Positions 13,162 through 21,817 of a DNA stretch of 64,000 bases are shown here, piece by piece. Each line of letters opens with the position of its first letter. The first letter of the stretch is position 1. The DNA is from Candidatus Saccharimonadia bacterium (lineage in GTDB: Bacteria; Patescibacteriota; Saccharimonadia; Saccharimonadales; 2-12-FULL-41-12): contig OY970327.1 of the NCBI GenBank assembly GCA_963717365.1, positions 720,348-784,347 of the forward strand, given 5' to 3'. The notes beneath the pieces are model-generated. The model searched no databases. It saw only the letters and a program-made list of their open reading frames with translations, and was not told the DNA's origin. The position numbers and the translations under genes were made by a program.

Positions 13162-13219
13162 AATTACTACTTAATTATATCAGAGAAACAACCAATATAT
13201 CTGTTTACAGCTAACTGAT

Positions 13220-13564
13220 TTAGAACTTGCTTATATAGACACCCGACACCAACACGATTAAGCCCAGCAATATGCCGTCAATGCCCGATATACCACCCGT
13301 GGATTGTAAAATCATAACTACTGTAGCCATACTGGCTCCCACCAGAGATACCGTCCGTTTTTTGCGCGGCCGCTTAATTAACAGTTTTAAGCCAGCAAAA
13401 ATAGCTTGCAGCGTGCTAAACACAATAAAGAAGAAGAGTATTACCGGTATAACCAGCAGCCCAATACCAACTTCTGTAGGACTAGTAAGTGTCAGAAATA
13501 AGCCAAGGCCCACACTGCAGATCAGCGAAGCAAATATATATCTATGTCTTGTAAGCGTATTCAT
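13220..13564 (-). CDS. Hypothetical 4-TM membrane protein
   Basis: Four hydrophobic segments; ATG 13564 preferred over GTG 13585. Confidence 0.75.
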   Translation of the reverse strand: MNTLTRHRYIFASLICSVGLGLFLTLTSPTEVGIGLLVIPVILFFFIVFSTLQAIFAGLKLLIKRPRKKRTVSLVGASMATVVMILQSTGGISGIDGILLGLIVLVSGVYISKF

Positions 13565-13620
13565 AACTAATCCGTATTTAATCACAATATAATCAAAGTA
13601 ATAATTTTGTAGTGCAATTT

Positions 13621-13662
13621 TATATAAATAGAGCCCTTAACTTAGAGGGCTCTATTTATATA
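13621..13662. terminator. Intrinsic terminator-like hairpin
   Basis: 17-bp inverted repeat TATATAAATAGAGCCCT / AGGGCTCTATTTATATA. Confidence 0.7.
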
Positions 13663-13664
13663 AT

Positions 13665-13840
13665 TCTAAGGTGCCGTTGGGACGATAAAACCGCTCAATT
13701 AAATTACTTTATAGCGCTTATCGTCCACTTGGCTTTGACTGACCGCTCACTCATGCTTTAGGCAATTGTGAGCGACGATTGGTTATGGTTGAAATCTTTG
13801 TGTTACGGCATTTTTTTACTTTTTGTTTTTACGGTTTACT
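13665..13840 (-). ncRNA. Candidate structured small RNA (unassigned)
   Basis: Promoter TTGACA(13875-13870)-17-TAGGCT; multibranch fold with closing UGCCGU/ACGGCA, UCGCUCAC/GUGAGCGG and GGACGAUAA/UUAUCGUCC; followed by a terminator; no ORF. Confidence 0.5.
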
Positions 13841-14131
13841 GTCTACAGCCTACTACGGATATTGATTTTTGTCAATACATATTAGTTGTAATACAAACTA
13901 CATTACAGATAAGGAGATATTAGTAACTACTCGTATAACAGTTGTAATTAGTAGTAATTATAACATCAATAATTTTAGAGAAAAATTCATTATCACGATG
14001 TTCCGGCCGTAATTAATCGCTTAACAAGGCTTTTTAGGCAGCAAAAATACCGCGTATTAACGTCTAGATTTTATATAGATTTAATCTACAAATGAGCACT
14101 TTTATGCGCCAAGCCGCTTTATTCTAAATAC

Positions 14132-14923
14132 CTAATGGGGATGATTAGGTTCACTATTTTGCGCGCTTCCACCTGCCAGAATATATGACAGGTCATGCCT
14201 GCAAATCTCGCATCGGCAATTGTTTTGCATGATTGGCTGGCGCCCGCCAAGCGGCCGAACAACATGGTCTACGATCGCCGACCAGTATGTATATTTTTTC
14301 TGAACGTCAGCTGTACTTACAAATTTTTTAAGTTTACTCGCCAATTTAGCGTCCCAGGCTTCAAGGTTACTCAAGACGTTTTTGCTGCTCACCCACCATT
14401 TACCGTTTATCCTATAGTGTATTTTAAGAATTTCTCCTATATTGGCGTGCATTGAATACAGAGAGGAGGATGGGTCACTCTCCAAAGCCCGTTCAACCTT
14501 ATTATTGGCATGGTAAATCATAAATTGTACAAATTTATGGTCTTTATTGGTATATTTTTTGGGTTTGATACCCTGCACTCTTCTTTGCAAGGCTGTTAGT
14601 TGGCCAGTTTTATCAAATACTAGTACGGCACGAGCCAAATTAGGCTCTCGCTCGCCACTAAGAATCTCTTCCTCGGTAAATTCCTCAATTTGTTTCATCG
14701 AACGGAAAGTAATATCCAACTTATAGTCATCAAATCCCGGGTGGTTAATGTTTTCGCACAAATTATCGGCGTCAACAATTACCTTCACGTCTAGGTCGCT
14801 GTGCTGGTTACTCGTGCCTTCAGCGACCGATCCGAAGATAAATGCGGCTTGGTAACGAGGCCGGGTGCGTAGCGACGCAATGGCTGCATAGGCGCGGGTA
14901 AATCGTGGCTCTAAAGTATCCAT
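14132..14923 (-). CDS. Pol-beta-superfamily nucleotidyltransferase with C-terminal helical domain
   Basis: FIFGSVAEG...SDLDV motif (hG[GS]x9DhD). Confidence 0.8.
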   Translation of the reverse strand: MDTLEPRFTRAYAAIASLRTRPRYQAAFIFGSVAEGTSNQHSDLDVKVIVDADNLCENINHPGFDDYKLDITFRSMKQIEEFTEEEILSGEREPNLARAVLVFDKTGQLTALQRRVQGIKPKKYTNKDHKFVQFMIYHANNKVERALESDPSSSLYSMHANIGEILKIHYRINGKWWVSSKNVLSNLEAWDAKLASKLKKFVSTADVQKKYTYWSAIVDHVVRPLGGRQPIMQNNCRCEICRHDLSYILAGGSAQNSEPNHPH

Positions 14924-15059
14924 TGATTGTTATTATATCGCGTTGAAGACAAAAATTATGTAGATTATGTAAGAAATTTTACTGCCTATAAAAAAGTTAT
15001 ACACATAATATAAGCAAAAACATATTGACACTGTTAAACGCTGTGTATAAGATGTGTAT

Positions 15060-15210
15060 AGCACTTGAGTAAATTAAGTGCTCAAAAACAAAAACGTCTC
15101 TATAACAACGGCTTCTCGCAAGCCGTTGTTCCATACACAGTATGGGACGACGTTAAAAACAAAGTAACAAAAAATTACTTAAGCAGCCCGCCAAAAGGGC
15201 TGCTTTTTTT
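15060..15210 (+). ncRNA. Candidate structured small RNA (unassigned), including terminator
   Basis: Promoter TTGACA(15025)-17-TAAGAT; hairpin AGCACUU/AAGUGCU; junction AACGUC/GACGUU enclosing AACAACGGCUU/AAGCCGUUGUU and CCAUAC/GUAUGG; terminator AAGCAGCCC/GGGCUGCUU+U-tract at 15181-15210. Confidence 0.5.
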
Positions 15211-15286
15211 ATTACCCGAATCGGCCAGTTTGTCTTCAAATTCGGCTTTCATAATTTGTTAACAACTAGTTGCTACAGTACCGCGT

Positions 15287-16804
15287 ATGGCGGGAATTAA
15301 GAGCATTATTGAACACGGCAATGACGGTCTGATTATTACTATTGAGTGTCATATATCTAATTCCCTGCCAAATATTGTTGTGGTTGGTTTTGCCAACCGG
15401 TCAATTGATGAAGCGCGCGAGCGTATACGTGGCGCGCTGGCAAGCAGCAAGATACCTATTCCTCGTAAACGCATAACGCTTAACTTGGCGCCAGCTGATA
15501 TCCCTAAAGAAGGTTCTGGCTTTGACTTGCCAATGCTGCTGGCGATACTGGCCAGTTCCGGCATGATCAGATTGCCACCCGATGATAAAACCGTAGTCAT
15601 GGGCGAAGTTGGCCTAGACGGCTCAATTCGTCCCATCAGGGGTATTATCGGTAAAATTCTGGCTGCTCGGCGGAATGGCATGACCACCTGCTGGATTCCG
15701 GCTGAAAACATGGCCCAGGCCAGCCTGGTACCAAATATCACGCTATACCCGTTTGCTAGCGTTAGCCAGCTCTACGCTCAACTCAATCTGGAAAAAATGC
15801 CGTCGGCACCGGTAGAAACATGCTTGTTCCAAGTAAAATCAGGTAACAAGCAGCCTAGTCGAGAACCGGGCATAGATATAGATGACGTTATTGGCCAACA
15901 TGCCGCCAAGCGGGCACTGCTTGTGGCGGCCGCTGGGCACCATAATATACTGTTAAACGGGCCACCGGGCACTGGCAAAAGTATGCTGGCCCAGACGCTT
16001 CCCGGTATAATGCCCAGTCTCACTAGCCAGGAGTTGCTCGAGGTTACGCATTTGCATAGCCTCGCCAGCAAGAAGTTTGATGAAATCGTGACACGGCGGC
16101 CGTTCCGGGCACCGCACCACAGCGCCAGCAGCATGGCATTGCTGGGTGGCGGTGCCCGTCCGCGGCCAGGTGAAATCAGTCTTAGCCATCACGGCATATT
16201 ATTTCTTGATGAATTTCCCGAATTCAGCCAATCTGTCATCGAGGCACTGCGGCAGCCACTTGAGGATCATACTATCTCTATAGTCAGAGCCAGAGACTCT
16301 ATAACCTTTCCCGCGCATTTCCTGCTTGCCGCTACTGCCAACCCCTGTCCCTGCGGCCTGTATGGTAGTGTCCGCCCCTGTATTTGCTTGCCATTCCAGA
16401 GAGTTCGCTATCAAAAAAAGTTATCCGGGCCCATCATAGACCGAATTGATATCTATATAGACGTTGCAGAAGTTGCCCATGACCAGCTGCTTGCTCCCCA
16501 AACCGGCAAACGAACAGCGGCCGATATGAAAAAACAGGTAGCGGCTGCCCGCCATATTCAGTTGCGCCGGACAGGAAAGCTAAACAGCCAACTCAGCAAC
16601 GCTGACCTTAAACGCACCGCGCATCTTCAGCCCCAAGCCACTGCCCTCTTAAATCGAGCGGCCAGCCAGCTACAGCTGTCAGCCCGCGGTTATATTCGCT
16701 CGCTGCGGGTAGCCCGCACCATCGCGGACCTGGAAGCCAGCTCTGTTATCACCAGCAGCCACATCAGTGAAGCTATTCAGTATCGCAAGAAACCGAGTGC
16801 TTAA
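15287..16804 (+). CDS. comM: ComM/YifB Mg-chelatase-like AAA+ ATPase
   Basis: ITLNLAPADIPKEGSGFDL, GPPGTGKSMLA, RPFRAPHHS, PGEISLSHHGILFLDEFPEF, NPCPCG. Confidence 0.93.
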   Translation: MAGIKSIIEHGNDGLIITIECHISNSLPNIVVVGFANRSIDEARERIRGALASSKIPIPRKRITLNLAPADIPKEGSGFDLPMLLAILASSGMIRLPPDDKTVVMGEVGLDGSIRPIRGIIGKILAARRNGMTTCWIPAENMAQASLVPNITLYPFASVSQLYAQLNLEKMPSAPVETCLFQVKSGNKQPSREPGIDIDDVIGQHAAKRALLVAAAGHHNILLNGPPGTGKSMLAQTLPGIMPSLTSQELLEVTHLHSLASKKFDEIVTRRPFRAPHHSASSMALLGGGARPRPGEISLSHHGILFLDEFPEFSQSVIEALRQPLEDHTISIVRARDSITFPAHFLLAATANPCPCGLYGSVRPCICLPFQRVRYQKKLSGPIIDRIDIYIDVAEVAHDQLLAPQTGKRTAADMKKQVAAARHIQLRRTGKLNSQLSNADLKRTAHLQPQATALLNRAASQLQLSARGYIRSLRVARTIADLEASSVITSSHISEAIQYRKKPSA

Positions 16805-16874
16805 GTTGACCTCTGTTACCTAAGCTGTTATAATTCCAAGCCGTATAACTTCATAAATATCTAAGGAGCAGTCA

Positions 16875-17405
16875 ATTAGTAAAGCAACCCGCTTGAATCA
16901 TATGATTCGAGCAACCAGCCTCCGGGTTATCGATGAGGACGGCACCCAAATCGGCGTGTTATCGCGCAATGAAGCCCTGCAGCTGGCCGAAGACCGCGAA
17001 CTTGATCTGGTGGAAATCTCACCAGAAGCAAATCCGCCAGTAGCTAAAATTGTCGACTGGGGTAAGTACAACTACCAGAAGACAAAGCAGCTCCAGAAGA
17101 GCAAGCGTCACGCCAAAGCCCTCGAGGTAAAGCAAATGCGCTTCGGCCTCAAGATCAGTGACCACGATCTTGGCACCAAACTCAATAAAGTCAGAGGCTT
17201 TTTAGAGAACGGGCACAAAGTAAAACTGGTAATTTTCTACCGCGGCCGCGAACTGGCCCATAAAGAAATCGGTTTTACCTTAGCCAACAAAGTCATCGAA
17301 CAGTTTGGAGACGATATCGCCGTCGACCAACCGCCCCAACTAGCAGGTAAGCAACTAATTTTCGTCATAAGGAGTACTCATAATGCCAAAGTTAAAAACC
17401 CATAG
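16875..17405 (+). CDS. infC: Translation initiation factor IF-3 (ATT start)
   Basis: LDLVEISPEANPPVAKIVDWGKY motif; in-frame ATT at 16875 after AAGGAG, the typical non-canonical infC start. Confidence 0.95.
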   Translation: MSKATRLNHMIRATSLRVIDEDGTQIGVLSRNEALQLAEDRELDLVEISPEANPPVAKIVDWGKYNYQKTKQLQKSKRHAKALEVKQMRFGLKISDHDLGTKLNKVRGFLENGHKVKLVIFYRGRELAHKEIGFTLANKVIEQFGDDIAVDQPPQLAGKQLIFVIRSTHNAKVKNP

Positions 17406-17580
17406 TGGAACTAAAGACCGTATCAGAATCACAAAAAACGGTAAAGTGCAGCGCCGCCATACCGCCATTAATCACTTTTTAAAGAAGAAAAGTGCCTCAA
17501 CCAAGCGAACCTTCTCTGGCGTTGAGGAAGTAACCGGCAAAAACGCCCGGAACCTAAAACGAAAGCTAGGAGTATCTTAA
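17383..17580 (+). CDS. rpmI: 50S ribosomal protein L35
   Basis: MPKLKTHSGTKDR; infC-rpmI-rplT order. Confidence 0.95.
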   Translation: MPKLKTHSGTKDRIRITKNGKVQRRHTAINHFLKKKSASTKRTFSGVEEVTGKNARNLKRKLGVS

Positions 17581-17581
17581 A

Positions 17582-17926
17582 ATGCGTGTTAAACGAGGCG
17601 TCACCACCCGTGCCCGCCATAATAAAATCCGTAAAGCCACTAAAGGCTTCACCCGCTCAAACCGATCAAGCATCAAACGCGGCAAACAGGCTCTAACCAA
17701 AGCTTTGGTCAACGCTACTCGCGACCGAAAAGATCGCAAGCGAACTTTTCGCGCCCTCTGGACCACCCGCATCAATGCGGCTGCCCGCTTAAATGGCACC
17801 ACCTATAGCCGCTTAATTGCCGGTCTTAAGAAGAATAACGTCACCTTAGACCGCAAAATCTTAAGCGAACTAGCCGTCAACGAACCCAAAGCCTTCGCCG
17901 AAGTCGTCAAAACCGCCAGCAAATAA
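17582..17926 (+). CDS. rplT: 50S ribosomal protein L20
   Basis: MRVKRG, FRALWTTRINAAAR, LDRKILSELA. Confidence 0.97.
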   Translation: MRVKRGVTTRARHNKIRKATKGFTRSNRSSIKRGKQALTKALVNATRDRKDRKRTFRALWTTRINAAARLNGTTYSRLIAGLKKNNVTLDRKILSELAVNEPKAFAEVVKTASK

Positions 17927-18018
17927 CCGCCGCCAGCTATTACCTAAAAGGTCCATTCATTCGCACGGGACTTTTACTACTTAATACCTTGTTATTTATC
18001 TTTACTAGACCTATAAAA

Positions 18019-18067
18019 GTACTATACGTCGAGTTCATTAAATTTTAATGAACTCGACGTATAGTAC
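18019..18067. repeat. 49-bp palindromic repeat, perfect copy
   Basis: GTACTATACGTCGAGTTCATTAAA-T-TTTAATGAACTCGACGTATAGTAC (perfect 24-bp arms). Confidence 0.9.
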
Positions 18068-18131
18068 GCAGAACTACGTACCGCTTCTTTACATATTCTA
18101 TTCTTAACTATGCAAGCTGGTCTTGAAAATT

Positions 18132-18158
18132 AAAAAACCTTCATACCGAAGGTTTTTT
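18132..18158. terminator. Bidirectional intrinsic terminator downstream of rnpB
   Basis: AAAAAACCTTC-ATACC-GAAGGTTTTTT. Confidence 0.75.
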
Positions 18159-18163
18159 AAGGT

Positions 18164-18532
18164 GTCAGATTATGTATAAGCCGGGTTCTGTACACTAGCC
18201 AAAGGCTAATGTGCTGATCATCTATCTAGTCATGCCGTTGCCGGCACAATCAAGCGGATCTTATAACGAGCCTTCGGTGGGAACCTATTGAAGACACATT
18301 TCCTTGCAACAGACAGGGTTTACCTCCCTCAGCGGTCACCCGCAAAGGCTGTGAGCTCTTACCTCACTCGTTTCATCCTTACCGATCCAAGGTAAACCTT
18401 GAAAAGGCGGTATAGTTTCTGTGGCACTTTCCCTAAGGTTGCCCTTGGTCGCCATTAACGACTGTCCTTCCCTATGCTGCCCGGACTTTCCTCGTATGTC
18501 GTAAAACACACGCGATCAGCCGATAATCTGAC
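18164..18532 (-). ncRNA. rnpB: RNase P RNA
   Basis: Minus strand has GAGGAAAGTCCGGGC, GAAAGTGCCACAGAAA and ACAGAACCCGGCTTAT; P1 ends GTCAGATTAT/ATAATCTGAC pair. Confidence 0.96.
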
Positions 18533-18626
18533 CTTATTATTATATCATCCGGGCAACTAAGCACTATTCGATCGTTCTATATTCCTAAGTTCAACAAGTA
18601 AGTGGACAAACTGCAAGGGTAATTTT

Positions 18627-19298
18627 CTAATGAGCGTCGAGACATTCGTTGACCATCGAATCTGCCAAAGCATTCATAGCTCGTGGCACATGGGCTAGCG
18701 TTACATGTTCAAATTGCGGAATCAGCTTGCGGATTGCCGTATGGTGTGGCACTAACTCAGCATTTTTGAGCTTCCAAATTCCCTGTACCTGATTAATCAC
18801 CAGTAGGCTATCCATATACACTTCAAGTTCTTTGATGCCTAGGGCCAAGGCTGCTTCAAGCCCTACCAGTAGACCCTTGTATTCAGCTTGGTTATTAGTG
18901 GTAACTCCTAAATAAGAACTTGACTTTTTTACAACGTTATCTTCCATATCATAGATAACATACCCAAGTGCGGATGGACCTGGATTACCTCGGGAGCCCC
19001 CGTCGGTAAACAATTTCGCCTTAGTTATAGCCGACACTGGTACTTCCTTAAAATTATCAATCAACGATATTTGATCAACGCGGTCAGCAAAATCCTGATC
19101 CTTATCAGTAACTGTGTCGCCGGCATCATGTGAAGTCAGCCACAGCTCCACAACATTATACATATTGGTTATCTTGGGATGATGATTCAGCTCACGTGCA
19201 ATCTGAGCCACCTTTTCTACAAACTCAAAGGCAGCATCAAAGTTCTTGAACTCAAATTTTCGATACAGCGAATTGTCTATTGTTTGCCACATACTCAA
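18627..19298 (-). CDS. Fusion: pterin-4a-carbinolamine dehydratase + RNase HI
   Basis: N-terminal LNHHP...SHDAG..VTDKD; C-terminal FTDGGSRGNPG, TNNQAEY, DSLLV, HVPRAMNALAD. Confidence 0.88.
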   Translation of the reverse strand: MSMWQTIDNSLYRKFEFKNFDAAFEFVEKVAQIARELNHHPKITNMYNVVELWLTSHDAGDTVTDKDQDFADRVDQISLIDNFKEVPVSAITKAKLFTDGGSRGNPGPSALGYVIYDMEDNVVKKSSSYLGVTTNNQAEYKGLLVGLEAALALGIKELEVYMDSLLVINQVQGIWKLKNAELVPHHTAIRKLIPQFEHVTLAHVPRAMNALADSMVNECLDAH

Positions 19299-19309
19299 CC
19301 TAGTGTACC

Positions 19310-20287
19310 TTATGCAGCGAGGGAGCCGTCAATTTTATTGACGTGAGGAGTCTTCAAGATAAGATTTCGCTCTGTGCGACGCTCCAACACCTTAAGCGAA
19401 TCATTAAAATAGATTTTAGTCCCCGGCACATAGACATGACTCAGATTCTGCGCAAAGAATACACCCTTATTCTTGGAGTCGTAGGCGTTTTCACCTCTTC
19501 GCGAGCTGGCTAGACCTTGCCTAACTGCTTTGCCCGTCGTCTCGGCAGTCCTCTGGTCAATATCAACTACCGCGCAGCGGTCGCAAGCCTTTACTACAAA
19601 CGCCGATAGCTGGCCAATCTGTACTTTCAGCCAGAAATCCTCGTCGTAAGGTTCCAAATACTCTCCATCTACAACTATATTAGGACGAAATCGATCCATT
19701 TCCACCGCTTGATCGATATCAGCATTTAATTGTGCGAGTGATGTATTTGAAGCCAAAAGTATTGCATGAGCATAGGCAAATCCAACTTTATTCGAAACTC
19801 CTTCTTTTTGATACAACTCACCGATATTTCGTGGCTTGTCCTCACGAACTTTTATAAGACGGTAAGCCTGACTATCCTTATATCGGGATAGACAATCTGT
19901 AAACCAGGCGTTGACTTCATCGCTAACAATCTGGCCGCACACCGGTTTTTTATTCAGCGCTGTCCACATTAGTCTGTCATTATCTGGTTCCATCTGTAAT
20001 GGAAATTCAAGGTCATCAATACCCGGCGCGCTCAGTGTCAGTGCGCTGTGGCCTATTTTAGGTACAATCAGTGCCAGTTCCGGAATCTGCTGCTGAGTCA
20101 CATAGTTGCCATTATCATCAACCAGCATGTAATCTCGATCGTGCTTTATCCCCCGCGGCGTGATCTCAGCCTCTTCAAGCCGCACGCCGGCGCAAGATTT
20201 TATCGGATAGGTATATAAACCCATCACATCAATATATATTGGCTCGCTCACCGCGGCGTCAGCATCATAAATAGGGTCATATTCCAT
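19310..20287 (-). CDS. MOSC-domain protein (MOSC_N + MOSC)
   Basis: LYTYPIKSCAG, HDRDYML, RFRPNIVV, KACDRC. Confidence 0.88.
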   Translation of the reverse strand: MEYDPIYDADAAVSEPIYIDVMGLYTYPIKSCAGVRLEEAEITPRGIKHDRDYMLVDDNGNYVTQQQIPELALIVPKIGHSALTLSAPGIDDLEFPLQMEPDNDRLMWTALNKKPVCGQIVSDEVNAWFTDCLSRYKDSQAYRLIKVREDKPRNIGELYQKEGVSNKVGFAYAHAILLASNTSLAQLNADIDQAVEMDRFRPNIVVDGEYLEPYDEDFWLKVQIGQLSAFVVKACDRCAVVDIDQRTAETTGKAVRQGLASSRRGENAYDSKNKGVFFAQNLSHVYVPGTKIYFNDSLKVLERRTERNLILKTPHVNKIDGSLAA

Positions 20288-20376
20288 TAATTTACTGTAT
20301 CATAAATAGCAAATAATGCAAATTAAACAAGTGCGACGAATGAGCCTGTTTTGCAATTACTTATCTGGGTTTTTCT

Positions 20377-21747
20377 CTAAGAAGCGTGAGCGTAAGCCGG
20401 TTGCCGGATCAACTGCAGGTCCATCTCTGTTCCATATCCCTGGCTGTCGTTAATAGCAAGCTGAATTCTGGCGTTCTGAGGATCAACTGGTTCGCCAGCA
20501 ACAATACGATGTAATTCATTGTCAGGGTCATACGCAAGACTAGCCAAGGTTGAACCATCTTCTCCCTGACTCCATTCAATCGCGTCGTTCATGCGGCTCT
20601 CGCCGCTTCTTCGTATCGCGGTGTCCGAGTCAAATTCGACAAATCCTAGTTTCCAAAGCGCGGCCGCGGCTCCACCAACATAATCAGTTTGATCCTGAAT
20701 ATTATTATGCAACTGCCAGTTATTGCTAGTGAAACTCTCGGTAGTAAAGGCCTTCCCGCTGTTCTCTAATGCTACAGGTCCTGTTCGCTTGACAGAAGTT
20801 GGCGTTAAAGGCAGTTCCTGCGTAACAACATCGCCTAAAATCTGATAATTAAGGAGTGAAAAACTGCCGCCAATGTAGCGCTTATCGGCAGCCTGTTTCA
20901 GTGTTGATTTTGCCAAATCATCATAATCAGAAGCTGTAATGCCAAAGCGACGTGGCAGTGACCGAGAGAAAGCATCAGAATCACGCTTCGCAAAACTCTC
21001 GCCGAGCTGATTGGCCTTCTTCTGCATCTCAAAGTAACGGTCGTTTTGCATATTAACTTCATATTGCCTGTCGCGCTGATTTTGTTCGGCAGTCAGACGT
21101 TTCCGCTTTTCGGGATTTTCCTCAAGGTGTTTCTCCCAGGCTTTTTGCTTTTCAGTTTCAAACTGAGCTAAACGGCGATCAAGTGCTTGCTGACGCTTAT
21201 CATCAATAAGATCCAGCTTCTTATTAGCCCAGGATTCAACTGGACCCCTTTTAGCATTGCTGGCAGCCTGATTCTTCTTGGCAAGGCGTTCCGCTTTTTG
21301 AGTTGAACGCTGTAATCCGTTCCTATTTACACGATTAGTAAGGCTCAATATGTGAAGGCCAAGACGACGGCGTTTGCTTTTGGCTATTTCACCTAAATGG
21401 GTCTGCGGTAAAACTGCCTTGGAATTTGCTAGGTTTACACTTCTTTGGTAACGCTCAGCTTTTTGGCGGTTGCCCTCTTCGCGGTTTTCAGAAAATACTC
21501 TTGGCACATCTTTTGCGATAAGCACCAGATTAGCGACTGTAGAAACAGCCGCGCGTCCAAGCCGCTTAGTAAAGCCTACGTCGCGCTTTTTCGCCTGGCG
21601 TTGCTCGTGGATCCAATCATTCCAGATTGGTGCACCAGGAAAGGCTTCTTGTGCACCTTCAAGGCGTGCTGCACGTTTTGATTCACGTCGCCATTGTATG
21701 TCGCGCTGTATTTGTTCTTTTTTTGTATATTTTGGTGCCTTTGGCAT
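20377..21747 (-). CDS. Hypothetical protein (basic coiled-coil N-terminal half)
   Basis: 456 aa; leaderless promoter TTGACA(21785)-17-TATACT. Confidence 0.75.
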   Translation of the reverse strand: MPKAPKYTKKEQIQRDIQWRRESKRAARLEGAQEAFPGAPIWNDWIHEQRQAKKRDVGFTKRLGRAAVSTVANLVLIAKDVPRVFSENREEGNRQKAERYQRSVNLANSKAVLPQTHLGEIAKSKRRRLGLHILSLTNRVNRNGLQRSTQKAERLAKKNQAASNAKRGPVESWANKKLDLIDDKRQQALDRRLAQFETEKQKAWEKHLEENPEKRKRLTAEQNQRDRQYEVNMQNDRYFEMQKKANQLGESFAKRDSDAFSRSLPRRFGITASDYDDLAKSTLKQAADKRYIGGSFSLLNYQILGDVVTQELPLTPTSVKRTGPVALENSGKAFTTESFTSNNWQLHNNIQDQTDYVGGAAAALWKLGFVEFDSDTAIRRSGESRMNDAIEWSQGEDGSTLASLAYDPDNELHRIVAGEPVDPQNARIQLAINDSQGYGTEMDLQLIRQPAYAHAS

Positions 21748-21817
21748 AATTATTACAGTATAGCACTATTTGTCTAAAATGTCAATGTATATCCGCGTTC
21801 AGTTACTTGCGCACAAG

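Noticed and set aside
15065-15262. 65-aa ORF
   Set aside because: TTG start without RBS; it runs through a strong terminator, and the region is better explained as a structured RNA.
18019-18067. 49-bp palindromes as CRISPR repeats or integron attC sites
   Set aside because: Copies are ~9-12 kb apart with no spacers or cas genes, and lack RYYYAAC/GTTRRRY ends; no tyrosine integrase in the window.
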